A stretch of 64,000 nucleotides of DNA from Bacillota bacterium (lineage in GTDB: Bacteria; Bacillota; Dethiobacteria; DTU022): positions 3,696 through 67,695 of the forward strand of contig JBNJHN010000002.1 in the NCBI GenBank assembly GCA_051748565.1, written 5' to 3'. Position 1 is the first letter of the stretch; the number at the start of each line of letters is the position of its first letter. The translations under genes and the position numbers were made by a program. Below the pieces are notes generated by a model, which saw only the letters and a list, made by a program, of their open reading frames with translations, was not told where the DNA came from and made no database searches. This document shows positions 20,813 through 29,174 of this stretch, piece by piece.

Positions 20813-20831
20813 CCGGTTTATGATTGCCGGA

Positions 20832-21098
20832 TTAATCCTCCGGATCATCGGGCAGCAGCAATTCATCGAGCGGTTTTAGTTCTTCGACAACCCAATTAAA
20901 GGCGCCTTCCTTGCTGGCTTCAAAAGCAGCCGGGGCCGCCTCGGACATAATTTGACGCACTATGCCCCGGGCCGCCTCTTCATCGCCCCGGTGCAGGGCA
21001 TTGCGGGCATCAACGAGGGCCCGGTGGATTTTATTTTTCAATTTTTTTCGATCTCCCGATCTAAAAGGCTTTTTGTCTTTGTTATTTCTCATTATCAT
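20832..21098 (-). CDS. small hypothetical protein (basic N-terminus, acidic C-terminus)
   Basis: ORF only; no recognisable motif. Confidence 0.35.
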   Translation of the reverse strand: MIMRNNKDKKPFRSGDRKKLKNKIHRALVDARNALHRGDEEAARGIVRQIMSEAAPAAFEASKEGAFNWVVEELKPLDELLLPDDPED

Positions 21099-21403
21099 CT
21101 GCTCCGTTAACCGATATCAACATTATACCTTCAGCAACTGGCATTAACAATCAGAAGGTATGTTAAAATGTAATTGCTTAAATTTTGCCAGGCCAGATGA
21201 TCATAAATAATTATCCGGACCCATCCCTGGAATTGTTAAACGAGGATGCATTGATCGTTCTGGGCCAGGAAGATCAGGTTGTTCGTCTGCGGGATTTGGC
21301 CCTGTAAATTCTTAACAGCTTTTTGAAAAGCCTTACTCACCGAAGCGGTTCAAAGGAGTGAGCTTAAGTTAAACGCAAAAACCGTGAGGATCTCGATCGT
21401 GAT

Positions 21404-22189
21404 TTGATTGAAGAGATCAACCGTAAATATGAAGGATACGAAGGTCAGGGCCGTGTAAAAGATTACACCGGATGGTTCCGGGCCCGTCGTTTAATTCTGG
21501 GAGCGGTTGCCCTTTTTCTGGCCTTGATATTTCTTTTTTCCGTTACCGGACGCTGGTTGTCTGTTTTTGGGGATCCTGCATTTACTTTCCTGAGGGAATC
21601 ATGGGCTCTTTCCGGAGATCCCCTGGTTGAAGAATTAAGAGATTCTGTAGTCCAGGTATATGTGGAAAGCCGTTCAGAATCAGGGCAGCTGCGCGGCAGT
21701 GGATTTAATATTCAGCCGGATGGGCTGGTTGTTACCAATCGACACATGGTCGAAAATGCAATTTCGGCAAGGGTTTCTTTTCCGGGATTGGGAACCTACA
21801 GGGTATACGAGTGGGTTGTTTCCCCGTATGTTGATCTGGCCGTCCTTCGACTGCAGGCGGAAAATCTGCCTACTGTATCAATTTCCGATGTTCCTGTTTT
21901 GCCCGGCGAAGAAGTTCTCGTTATCGGTAATCCGCTGCAATTCTTTAGTATTGCCAATATGGGAACCCTGGCCGGATATCGGGAAGTCAGGGGTCGTGGG
22001 ACTCCTTTGCTCGTTGTTGAAGCTTTAATATACCCGGGAAGCAGTGGCAGCCCGGTATTCAATAATCGTGGCGAGGTAATCGGTGTCATATTTGCCACTT
22101 TGCGAAACAGCGACCCTGCAGAAGTCAGGGGGCTGGCTGTAGGGGCAGCTGAACTTAAACTTTTTTTGACTGAGCTAGATATATATTAA
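21404..22189 (+). CDS. membrane-anchored trypsin-like serine protease (S1 family)
   Basis: TM anchor, then the catalytic-His region (TNRHMVENA) and a GSSGSP serine motif. The TTG start is uncertain. Confidence 0.6.
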   Translation: MIEEINRKYEGYEGQGRVKDYTGWFRARRLILGAVALFLALIFLFSVTGRWLSVFGDPAFTFLRESWALSGDPLVEELRDSVVQVYVESRSESGQLRGSGFNIQPDGLVVTNRHMVENAISARVSFPGLGTYRVYEWVVSPYVDLAVLRLQAENLPTVSISDVPVLPGEEVLVIGNPLQFFSIANMGTLAGYREVRGRGTPLLVVEALIYPGSSGSPVFNNRGEVIGVIFATLRNSDPAEVRGLAVGAAELKLFLTELDIY

Positions 22190-22288
22190 CCAGGCCCACA
22201 ATTATCCGGCCGGGAAGGGATCTCAGCCGGTTTGCCGGTTGCTCCGGACAAATATTCCGCATTAGCCCTGATTTGTTTTAGGTACTGC

Positions 22289-23146
22289 TCAAGTTGTTTT
22301 AGTTTTCTGCTGCGGCCTGGTGAAGCGATTAATCAGCGGTACCAGCAGATTCATGCCGATAATAGCAAAGGTGGTTCCTTCGGGAAGCCAACCCCACAGG
22401 CGCATCGTCATGATGATTAATCCAACCCCGAATCCGAAAATATAACGGCCTGGTTGTGTTTTGGGTGAAGAAACCGGATCGGTGGCCATAAAGAAAGCTC
22501 CCAGGATCAGGCTGCCTGAGAAAAAGTGAAAGAGTATATTCTGACCTGTCAGCAAACAGACGATAACCACAGCTGCCAGGACGCTGACGGGAATACGCCA
22601 GTTGGCGTAACGCTTATATATAAGCCAGGCACCACCGATTAGCAGCAGGAGAGCCGAACTTTCACCCAGGCTGCCCGGAATTACCCCGATGAAAAGTTCA
22701 TATATTGGTGTTAGAGTCCCCTCACTGCGAAATATTTGCAGAGGAGTAGCTGTGCTTAAACCGTCAATCGGTGTCAGCCATGGGGACATTGTTCCCGGGA
22801 AAGCATATATGATAAACAACCTGCCGAAAAGTGCAGGATTGAAAATATTCTTACCGTAACCGCCGAAGGCCTGTTTACCTATTACAATACCGACTACAGA
22901 ACCTACCGCTACAACATAAAGCGGCAGGGATGGTGAAACAGTAAGAGCCAGCAGCAGGCCGGTAACTACGGCGCTGAGGTCTTTTATCTTAAGCGGTTTT
23001 TTCGTAATATATTGATAAAGTGCTTCCGAGGCTACAGCCGCAGCTACGCCAACAATGATTAAAAGTACAGCATCAAGGCGATATAAATAGATGGCAAAAA
23101 GCGCTGCGGGTGCCAGTGCAATTAGCATCCCTTTCATCATTTTCAT
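22289..23146 (-). CDS. RnfD/NqrB-family membrane protein (orphan)
   Basis: GGYGKNIFNPALFGR and FMATDPVSSP motifs characteristic of RnfD/NqrB. No other rnf/nqr genes are nearby. Confidence 0.7.
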   Translation of the reverse strand: MKMMKGMLIALAPAALFAIYLYRLDAVLLIIVGVAAAVASEALYQYITKKPLKIKDLSAVVTGLLLALTVSPSLPLYVVAVGSVVGIVIGKQAFGGYGKNIFNPALFGRLFIIYAFPGTMSPWLTPIDGLSTATPLQIFRSEGTLTPIYELFIGVIPGSLGESSALLLLIGGAWLIYKRYANWRIPVSVLAAVVIVCLLTGQNILFHFFSGSLILGAFFMATDPVSSPKTQPGRYIFGFGVGLIIMTMRLWGWLPEGTTFAIIGMNLLVPLINRFTRPQQKTKTT

Positions 23147-23300
23147 AAAGATTCCTCCTCTTGTGTATATCCTGATTATAGAATAGAAAAGCCGAATCGA
23201 TCAACAACCGGATCTTTTTTCCGGCAGGACCGCTAACCTTTTTGTAGAATTATTAAGATAAGTAGACATGACTTTCTAATGGGGAAGGAGAATGGGGAAT

Positions 23301-25631
23301 ATGGAGGTGTATAAACATATCGGGAATTCTTTGCCCCGAAAAGATGGTGAAGATAAAGTCAGGGGTAAACTCCGATATCTTGGAGACAGGCAGTCGCCAC
23401 AGATGCTGCATGCGGCAATTAAAACCAGTCCGCATGCCCATGCCCAGATCATTAAGGTCGATACCAGTGCCGCTTTAGAAACTCCGGGAGTCAGGACTGT
23501 ACTTACCGGCGAGGATATTCCCGGAAATATCGGGATCTATCTTGGAGATAAACCGCCCTTAGCCCGCCAAAAAGTTCGCCATTATGGTGAACCGGTAGCA
23601 GCTGTCGTTGCCGACAGCGAAGCGGAAGCAAAAGCAGCCCTCCCGTTAATAAATGTTGAATATAAAACCTTACCGGTGGTTCGCTCCCCCTCCGAGTCCC
23701 TGGCCGAAGATGCTCCCCTGCTTCACGAGGATATGGATAGCTACTCTCATATCCCGGCCATATTCCCTGAACCGGGCAGTAATGTATCTAACAGGACCAA
23801 AATTCGCAAGGGTGATATCGATTCCGGTTTTAATGCAAGCGAAACCGTTATTGAAGAATCATTCAGTTTTCCGCCGGGTGATCACGTGGCCATGGAAACA
23901 CGGGCTTCCACAGCTGAAATTTTAGATGATGGCCAGGTGATTATCCACTCTACCACCCAGGCGCCTTTTGTTGTCCGCAGCCTTTTAGGAGCTTCTTTTA
24001 ATCTTCCGACGGGTAAAATAACTGTTATTACAGCTCCACTCGGCGGGGGCTTCGGAGGCAAAGCCGGCATTCAGCTGGAAGGATTGGCCTATCTGCTTTC
24101 CAAGGCGGTCGGTGGCCGGCTGGTCCGGCTGGTTAACAGCAGGGAAAATGATTTGATTTCTTCTCCGGGGCGGACCGGGTTGGAGGCAAAAATCAGGCTG
24201 GGCTGCTCAAAGGATGGTAAACTGCAGGCTGCTGAAATTAATTACTGTTTTGACAGCGGTGCCTATGCTGACTATGCCGTTAATATCAGCCGGGCCGCAG
24301 CGATTGCCTGTACCGGCCCTTACGCATTACCCAATGTCTGGTGCGATTCCACCTGTGTATACACAAACCATCCTTTTGCCACTGCATATCGCGGATTTGG
24401 CCATATCGAACTCGCTTTTGCCATGGAACGGGCCATAGATTTACTGGCTGAAAAAGCGGGAATTGATCCCCTCGAATTCCGGATGATTAATGCGATCCGG
24501 AAAGGCGATACAACACCTACCCAGAGCGTAATGGATGATAATACCGGAGATTTGAGAAAGTGTCTGAAAAAGGTTTCGGGTATGCTTGAATGGGAGGAGG
24601 GTGCTCGGCAAAAGACGACCAATGGAAAAGTTCGGGCTAAAGGTGTAAGCTGCTTCTGGAAAGCACCTGCTATGCCGACCAACGCCGACGGTGGGGCTAT
24701 TCTCACATTTAACGAGGATGGCACAGTTAACCTGCACTGCGGTGCAATAGAAATCGGGCAGGGATTAAAGACTGCCCTCGCCCAGATCCTGGCAGAAAAG
24801 CTTGGCATGCATCCTGACCAGGTTCATGTTACAGATGAAGTCAGTACCCGTTCTGCTCCTCATGACTGGGCTACAGCTGCCAGCCGCAGTCTTTTTATGA
24901 TCGGCAGGGCTTTGATTGAGGCTGCCGACGATGCCATCAGTCAGATTAAACAAACGGCATCAATAGTCCTGCGCTGTCCGCCGGAAGATCTGCAGGTATC
25001 CGGAGGTCGGGTTTTTTTGGCAGATGAACCGGATACAGGCTTACCTGTTGCTGATGTTGCCCTGGGTTATATGTTTCCTAATGGAAATGCCGTACAGGGG
25101 CAGGTTATTGGTGTTGGGCGATATATCTCACGCTTACTGACTGCGATAGATCCGGAAAGTGGTGCAGGCCGCCCGGCTCTTGAATGGACCATGGGAGCCC
25201 AGGGTGTAGAGGTTGAGCTCGATCCTTCTGACGGCACCTACCGGGTCTTAAAAGCCGTATGTTCCATGGATGTTGGTAAGGTAATCAACCCTTTCCTGGC
25301 CCGCGGACAGGTGGTTGGCGGTATGTCTATGGGACTCGGTTTTGCCGGTTGGGAAAGTTTTACACTTAACAGCCAGGGTCGGGTTATAAATGATAGCCTG
25401 AGGAACTATAAAATATTGCGCTACGGCGAAGAACCTGCTTACCAGGTTGAATTTGTAGAAACCCTTCAGCGCGACGGTCCTTACGGTGCCCGCGGTTTAG
25501 GGGAGCAGGGTGTTCTCGGTATGCCCGGCGCCCTGGCCGGAGCTTTGTCACGCGCCATAGGGCAGCCGCTTAAACAACTGCCGCTAACGCCACAGAAAAT
25601 CTGGGAAGCAGGAAAGGAGGCAGACAAATGA
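23301..25631 (+). CDS. xanthine dehydrogenase/aldehyde oxidase-family molybdopterin-binding large subunit
   Basis: a/b-hammerhead plus MoCo-binding domains, 779 aa. The ATG at 23301 has better SD spacing than the one at 23292. Confidence 0.85.
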   Translation: MEVYKHIGNSLPRKDGEDKVRGKLRYLGDRQSPQMLHAAIKTSPHAHAQIIKVDTSAALETPGVRTVLTGEDIPGNIGIYLGDKPPLARQKVRHYGEPVAAVVADSEAEAKAALPLINVEYKTLPVVRSPSESLAEDAPLLHEDMDSYSHIPAIFPEPGSNVSNRTKIRKGDIDSGFNASETVIEESFSFPPGDHVAMETRASTAEILDDGQVIIHSTTQAPFVVRSLLGASFNLPTGKITVITAPLGGGFGGKAGIQLEGLAYLLSKAVGGRLVRLVNSRENDLISSPGRTGLEAKIRLGCSKDGKLQAAEINYCFDSGAYADYAVNISRAAAIACTGPYALPNVWCDSTCVYTNHPFATAYRGFGHIELAFAMERAIDLLAEKAGIDPLEFRMINAIRKGDTTPTQSVMDDNTGDLRKCLKKVSGMLEWEEGARQKTTNGKVRAKGVSCFWKAPAMPTNADGGAILTFNEDGTVNLHCGAIEIGQGLKTALAQILAEKLGMHPDQVHVTDEVSTRSAPHDWATAASRSLFMIGRALIEAADDAISQIKQTASIVLRCPPEDLQVSGGRVFLADEPDTGLPVADVALGYMFPNGNAVQGQVIGVGRYISRLLTAIDPESGAGRPALEWTMGAQGVEVELDPSDGTYRVLKAVCSMDVGKVINPFLARGQVVGGMSMGLGFAGWESFTLNSQGRVINDSLRNYKILRYGEEPAYQVEFVETLQRDGPYGARGLGEQGVLGMPGALAGALSRAIGQPLKQLPLTPQKIWEAGKEADK

Positions 25632-26461
25632 TTCCTTTTGACCTGGAATATTATGCCCCTGAAAGCACGAAAGAAGCTGTTTTAATTTACGCCGAGCTGG
25701 CCGATTCCGGTAAAGAGCCTGTTTACTATGCTGGAGGCACTGAAATTGTTACTTTCTGCCGCCAGCAAAAAATTAAACCTGGTGCCCTGATCGATCTGAA
25801 AGAAATTGAGGAAACCGTTACGCTTGGGTTCGATGGTGAAAAATTAATCCTGGGAGCTAATACTACTCTCACATCTCTTTCTGAACAGGATTATTTCCCG
25901 CTTCTTGCCAATGTGGCCAGGGGAGTTGCCGACCGAACCACGCGCAATCGTTTGACCCTGGGCGGGAATATCTGCGGGCGGCTGCCCTATCGGGAAGCAA
26001 TCCTGCCCCTGCTAACTGCCGGCGCCGAGGTTGTCCTGGCAGACGGAGAAGGTCATCGCACCGAACCTCTTAGTGAGCTCTTTGATAAAAGACTCAGGTT
26101 GGAAAAAGGAGAAATTTTAGTTCAACTGGTTGTTGCCATGCAAGAATTGGGGAATAATAGTTGGGTCAGGCGCCGTGTCAGACATGGTCCGGTTGACTAT
26201 CCTCTCTGCCACATGGTTGGTGTTGAAAAGGAAAATTATATTGCTGTCGCAGTAAGCGGCCTATGTGCTTTTCCATTCCGAAGTGAGGAAATTGAAAAAG
26301 TGATTAATGATACTGACCTCTCAGCACAGGAAAAGGTTGAGAAATCCACTGCCCTGCTGCCGGGGGCCGTCCGCAGCGATGAGCTCGGCTCAGATGATTA
26401 CCGCCTGGCGCTCTGGCAGAAAGACCTGGCAGAAATGCTGGATTATGTGGAGGGAATATAG
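25628..26461 (+). CDS. molybdopterin dehydrogenase FAD-binding subunit (CoxM/XdhB-like)
   Basis: Opens with the motif YYAGGTEI, and is translationally coupled to the large subunit (ATGA overlap). Confidence 0.8.
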   Translation: MIPFDLEYYAPESTKEAVLIYAELADSGKEPVYYAGGTEIVTFCRQQKIKPGALIDLKEIEETVTLGFDGEKLILGANTTLTSLSEQDYFPLLANVARGVADRTTRNRLTLGGNICGRLPYREAILPLLTAGAEVVLADGEGHRTEPLSELFDKRLRLEKGEILVQLVVAMQELGNNSWVRRRVRHGPVDYPLCHMVGVEKENYIAVAVSGLCAFPFRSEEIEKVINDTDLSAQEKVEKSTALLPGAVRSDELGSDDYRLALWQKDLAEMLDYVEGI

Positions 26462-26463
26462 CG

Positions 26464-26943
26464 ATGAAATCATACCGGGTAATCACAAATATCACCTTGA
26501 ATATCAATGGCGAAGTTAGACGGGCTGCGGTTCGTCCTGCCGATACACTCCTGCGGGTGCTGCGTGAAAAACTCGGCCTGACAGGGGCTAAACCGGGTTG
26601 TGAAAACGGCGACTGTGGAGCCTGCACAGTCCTGCTCGACGGTATGCCTGTAAAATCATGCCTGTTACTTGCAGTCGAAGCCGTGGGCAAAAAAGTTACC
26701 ACAGTGGAAGGTCTAAAAAACACCGCAATCCAGCAGGCTTTTATCCAGGAAGGGGGCTTCCAGTGTGGTTATTGCACTTCAGGGTTTTTGGTTAACGCCT
26801 ACGCCCTATTAGAAAAGCATCCTGCTTCCCCTGGCGAAGCAGATAGGGAGTGGCTTGAAAGCAACCTCTGCCGTTGTACAGGTTACGAAGGTATCAGCAG
26901 GGCTATTGAGAAAGCACGGGAAATAATAAAACAACAAATCTAG
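26464..26943 (+). CDS. (2Fe-2S)-binding small subunit (CoxS-like)
   Basis: CENGDCGACTV and CGYCTSG cluster motifs. The stop codon TAG forms the first 3 nt of a REP copy. Confidence 0.85.
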   Translation: MKSYRVITNITLNINGEVRRAAVRPADTLLRVLREKLGLTGAKPGCENGDCGACTVLLDGMPVKSCLLLAVEAVGKKVTTVEGLKNTAIQQAFIQEGGFQCGYCTSGFLVNAYALLEKHPASPGEADREWLESNLCRCTGYEGISRAIEKAREIIKQQI

Positions 26944-27017
26944 TACAGAGGGACGGGGGTAGTGTACTAAAATATCAATATTTAGTACAGAGGGACGGAG
27001 GTAGTGTACTAAAAATA
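26941..27017. repeat. two tandem REP-like hairpin elements (about 35 bp each, TAGTACAGAGGGACGG[G/A]GGTAGTGTACTAAAA)
   Basis: Direct tandem duplication differing by 1-2 nt. Each copy has a palindromic AGTACA...TGTACT stem. A third, inverted copy sits at 47701-47733 next to the RAYT transposase. Confidence 0.6.
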
Positions 27018-27131
27018 TAGGGGAGGCGGTCAATTATTCCCGATCACAGTAAGCTGGAAGCAATATTTACCCGCTTTAATTTTAATGATTACCGTTGGAT
27101 TGAAGCATCACAAATTGAAGTTGCTCACTGG

Positions 27132-27575
27132 GTGCGCTTTAAGTGTATCTTTGGCTGCACCAGCTATGGCAAGAAAGGATCCTGTCCACCGCAGGTGCCT
27201 TCGGTTGAAGAATGCCGTGCCTTTTTTTCCGAATATAGTGAAGCGGTTATCTTTCACTTTGCAAAAAAAGTTGATCGCCCGGAAGACCGTGTTCCCTGGA
27301 GCAGAGAGCTCAGCAAAAAACTGGTTAGACTTGAAAGAGAGGCTTTTTGGGCAGGTTATTACAAGGCCTTTATGCTCTTCATGGATGAATGTCGTTTCTG
27401 CATAAAATGTACCGGATCCCGGGAGGCCTGCGTTAATAAAGATGATGCCCGCCCCGGTCCGGAATCTTTAGCAGTCGATGTTTTCTCTACTGTCAGGAGT
27501 GCCGGATACCCTATAGAAGTACTAAGTGACTTTGACCAGGAAATGAACCGTTATGCTTTCCTGATGGTTGAATAA
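27132..27575 (+). CDS. DUF2284-like predicted metal-binding protein
   Basis: Cys-rich N-terminus VRFKCIFGCTSYGKKGSCPP. GTG at 27132. The reading frame stays open for 37 more codons upstream to a GGGGAGG SD, with no canonical start codon in that stretch. Confidence 0.55.
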   Translation: MRFKCIFGCTSYGKKGSCPPQVPSVEECRAFFSEYSEAVIFHFAKKVDRPEDRVPWSRELSKKLVRLEREAFWAGYYKAFMLFMDECRFCIKCTGSREACVNKDDARPGPESLAVDVFSTVRSAGYPIEVLSDFDQEMNRYAFLMVE

Positions 27576-27577
27576 AA

Positions 27578-27608
27578 AAACCCGCCACTTATAAACATTG
27601 ACGGGTTA
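27578..27608. terminator. bidirectional stem-loop between convergent DUF2284 and ferritin genes
   Basis: A7-CCCGCCA...TGACGGG-TTATAAA. Confidence 0.4.
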
Positions 27609-27635
27609 TAAACCGTAATCTATAAATTGTGATTG

Positions 27636-28142
27636 TTACTCTGCCGCGGGGGTAAATATTCTCGCGGCAAGTTCTTTGTCTATCATCAATATGCCATGTC
27701 CTTGTTCGCCCACCCGTTTGACTTTGCTTAGGAGCTTGTTCATGTTTGCTTCTTCTTCGACCTGCTCATCAATAAACCACTGCAGGAAACTGATGCTGGG
27801 GTAGTGTTTCTCTTCCTGGGCCAGGTTCATTAATTCATTAATCAGGCTGCTGACCAGCTTTTCATGTTCCAGGGCCAGGGTGAATATTTCCTCTGCTGAT
27901 TTAAAATCGCGCTTTGGATCTTTGAACCCGGTTATTACAGCTTCTTCCCCCTGGTCATTGATAAAGTCGAAAAATTTCATGGCGTGAAACCTTTCTTCTT
28001 CAGCCTGGACGACAAAAAAATTAGCGAAACCATCGAGATCTTCTTTCATGAAGTGGGCTGCCATTGCCAGGTAATAGTGGGCGGAGTAAAATTCGTGAGT
28101 AATCTGTTCGTTTAACTTGGCTAATAACTTATCAGATAACAT
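27636..28142 (-). CDS. ftnA: ferritin (non-haem, FtnA-like)
   Basis: Ferritin-like diiron ligand motifs E..H (EEERFHAMKF), 168 aa. Confidence 0.85.
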   Translation of the reverse strand: MLSDKLLAKLNEQITHEFYSAHYYLAMAAHFMKEDLDGFANFFVVQAEEERFHAMKFFDFINDQGEEAVITGFKDPKRDFKSAEEIFTLALEHEKLVSSLINELMNLAQEEKHYPSISFLQWFIDEQVEEEANMNKLLSKVKRVGEQGHGILMIDKELAARIFTPAAE

Positions 28143-28474
28143 GGTAATCCTCCTTTTCTTTAAATTATATTACGTTTTGTGAATATATGCAAGGCAATTA
28201 AGTTCAATCTTAATATACCAGATTTTGTCTTAATGGTTTTGCACGGCTTCACCTGTTTGGATGAATAGTCTATTTTTCAGGCTAGACAGTCTATTGCGTC
28301 TTTTAATTTATGGTTTATTTTTGTGCATTTATGGCAGGATTCGCCTGTGTAGAAAGAGAATAACAGAAGGTCTGTTTATGTGAAAATTGAAGGGATCCAA
28401 AAAACAGGTTTTTATCTAAGACCAGCGCATTATGTAATTGTATAACTAGAAAATGCAGTAAGGGGAGTGGTATC

Positions 28475-28948
28475 GTGGAAGAGCAACTCAATAATGTCTT
28501 TGCATCATATAAAGGGGAAAAGAATGAACTGATTCCTGTTCTGCAGGATGTCCAGGAGGAAATCGGTTACCTGCCAGATGAAGCAATGCGAGAAGTGGCC
28601 CGTTTTGTAAGAGTGCCTGAAAGCAAGGTGTTCGGAGTGGCCACTTTTTATGCCCGTTTTCACCTCAAACCCCGGGGCGAGCATATTATCCGTCTTTGCT
28701 GCGGCACAGCCTGCCACGTTCGCGGAGCCAGCAGGGTTGCCGACAAAGTTAAAGATGTTCTTAAGGTTGGTGTGGGAGAGACAACTGAAGATTTGAAATA
28801 CACCTACGAAGAAGTTGCCTGTATCGGTGCATGCGGATTGGCACCGGTAATGACCATCGACAAAGAAACTTTCGGTAAGCTCGATCCTGATAAAACAAAA
28901 AAAATCATTGAAACCTTCGGTGAAGTTTCAGAAGGGGGGCAGTTGTAG
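28475..28948 (+). CDS. NuoE-like 2Fe-2S thioredoxin-fold subunit of NAD-linked formate dehydrogenase/hydrogenase
   Basis: Four-Cys pattern CCGTAC...C..GACGLAPV. Confidence 0.85.
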   Translation: MEEQLNNVFASYKGEKNELIPVLQDVQEEIGYLPDEAMREVARFVRVPESKVFGVATFYARFHLKPRGEHIIRLCCGTACHVRGASRVADKVKDVLKVGVGETTEDLKYTYEEVACIGACGLAPVMTIDKETFGKLDPDKTKKIIETFGEVSEGGQL

Positions 28949-29128
28949 GTGGAGAAATTTATCGATCCCTGTTGTGAAAAATGCTTTAATAGTAAGGAAA
29001 AACCCTGTGATCAGTTTGTGGAATGCTGCCTCGAAGGTCCGCTTTGCCATGAAAGTGAGCCCTGCAAAAAAGCGCGTGAAGCAATCGTCGAAAGATATTC
29101 ACACAGCTTAGCTTTCCGGGAGCACTAA
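28949..29128 (+). CDS. candidate small Cys-rich protein (59 aa, 8 Cys) between the nuoE-like and nuoF-like genes
   Basis: GTG start 1 nt after the upstream stop, with a GAAGGGGGG SD 10 nt upstream. The translation VEKFIDPCCEKCFNSKEKPCDQFVECCLEGPLCHESEPCKKAREAIVERYSHSLAFREH shows coding-like periodicity. It is absent from the ORF track because it has no ATG and is under 60 aa. Confidence 0.3.
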   Translation: MEKFIDPCCEKCFNSKEKPCDQFVECCLEGPLCHESEPCKKAREAIVERYSHSLAFREH

Positions 29129-29174
29129 TTTTTTGTTTGACAATAATCTAATGATGAAAGGAGAGAGGACCAAC

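Noticed and set aside
21170-21290. 36-codon ORF (MIINNYPDPSLELLNEDALIVLGQEDQVVRLRDLAL) and a CTCAC...GTGAG hairpin in the 300-bp gap upstream of the serine protease gene
   Set aside because: It has no SD and no conservation evidence, and is too short to call.
27085-27405. 106-aa ORF overlapping the DUF2284 gene in another frame
   Set aside because: The DUF2284 frame has the conserved Cys-rich motifs, so this is a shadow ORF.
28143-28474. Possible Rex box or riboswitch in the 330-bp leader of the fdh operon (TTGTGAA half-site at about 28175; imperfect dyad AATAGTCTA...TAGACAGTCTATT at about 28270)
   Set aside because: Only a half-site match and an imperfect dyad. I could not support either from sequence alone.
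28908-29111. ORF-track ATG ORF (67 aa) in the nuoE/nuoF intergenic region
   Set aside because: It overlaps the 3' end of the nuoE-like gene, has no SD, and has odd composition. The Cys-rich GTG ORF in the other frame (28949-29128) is more gene-like.
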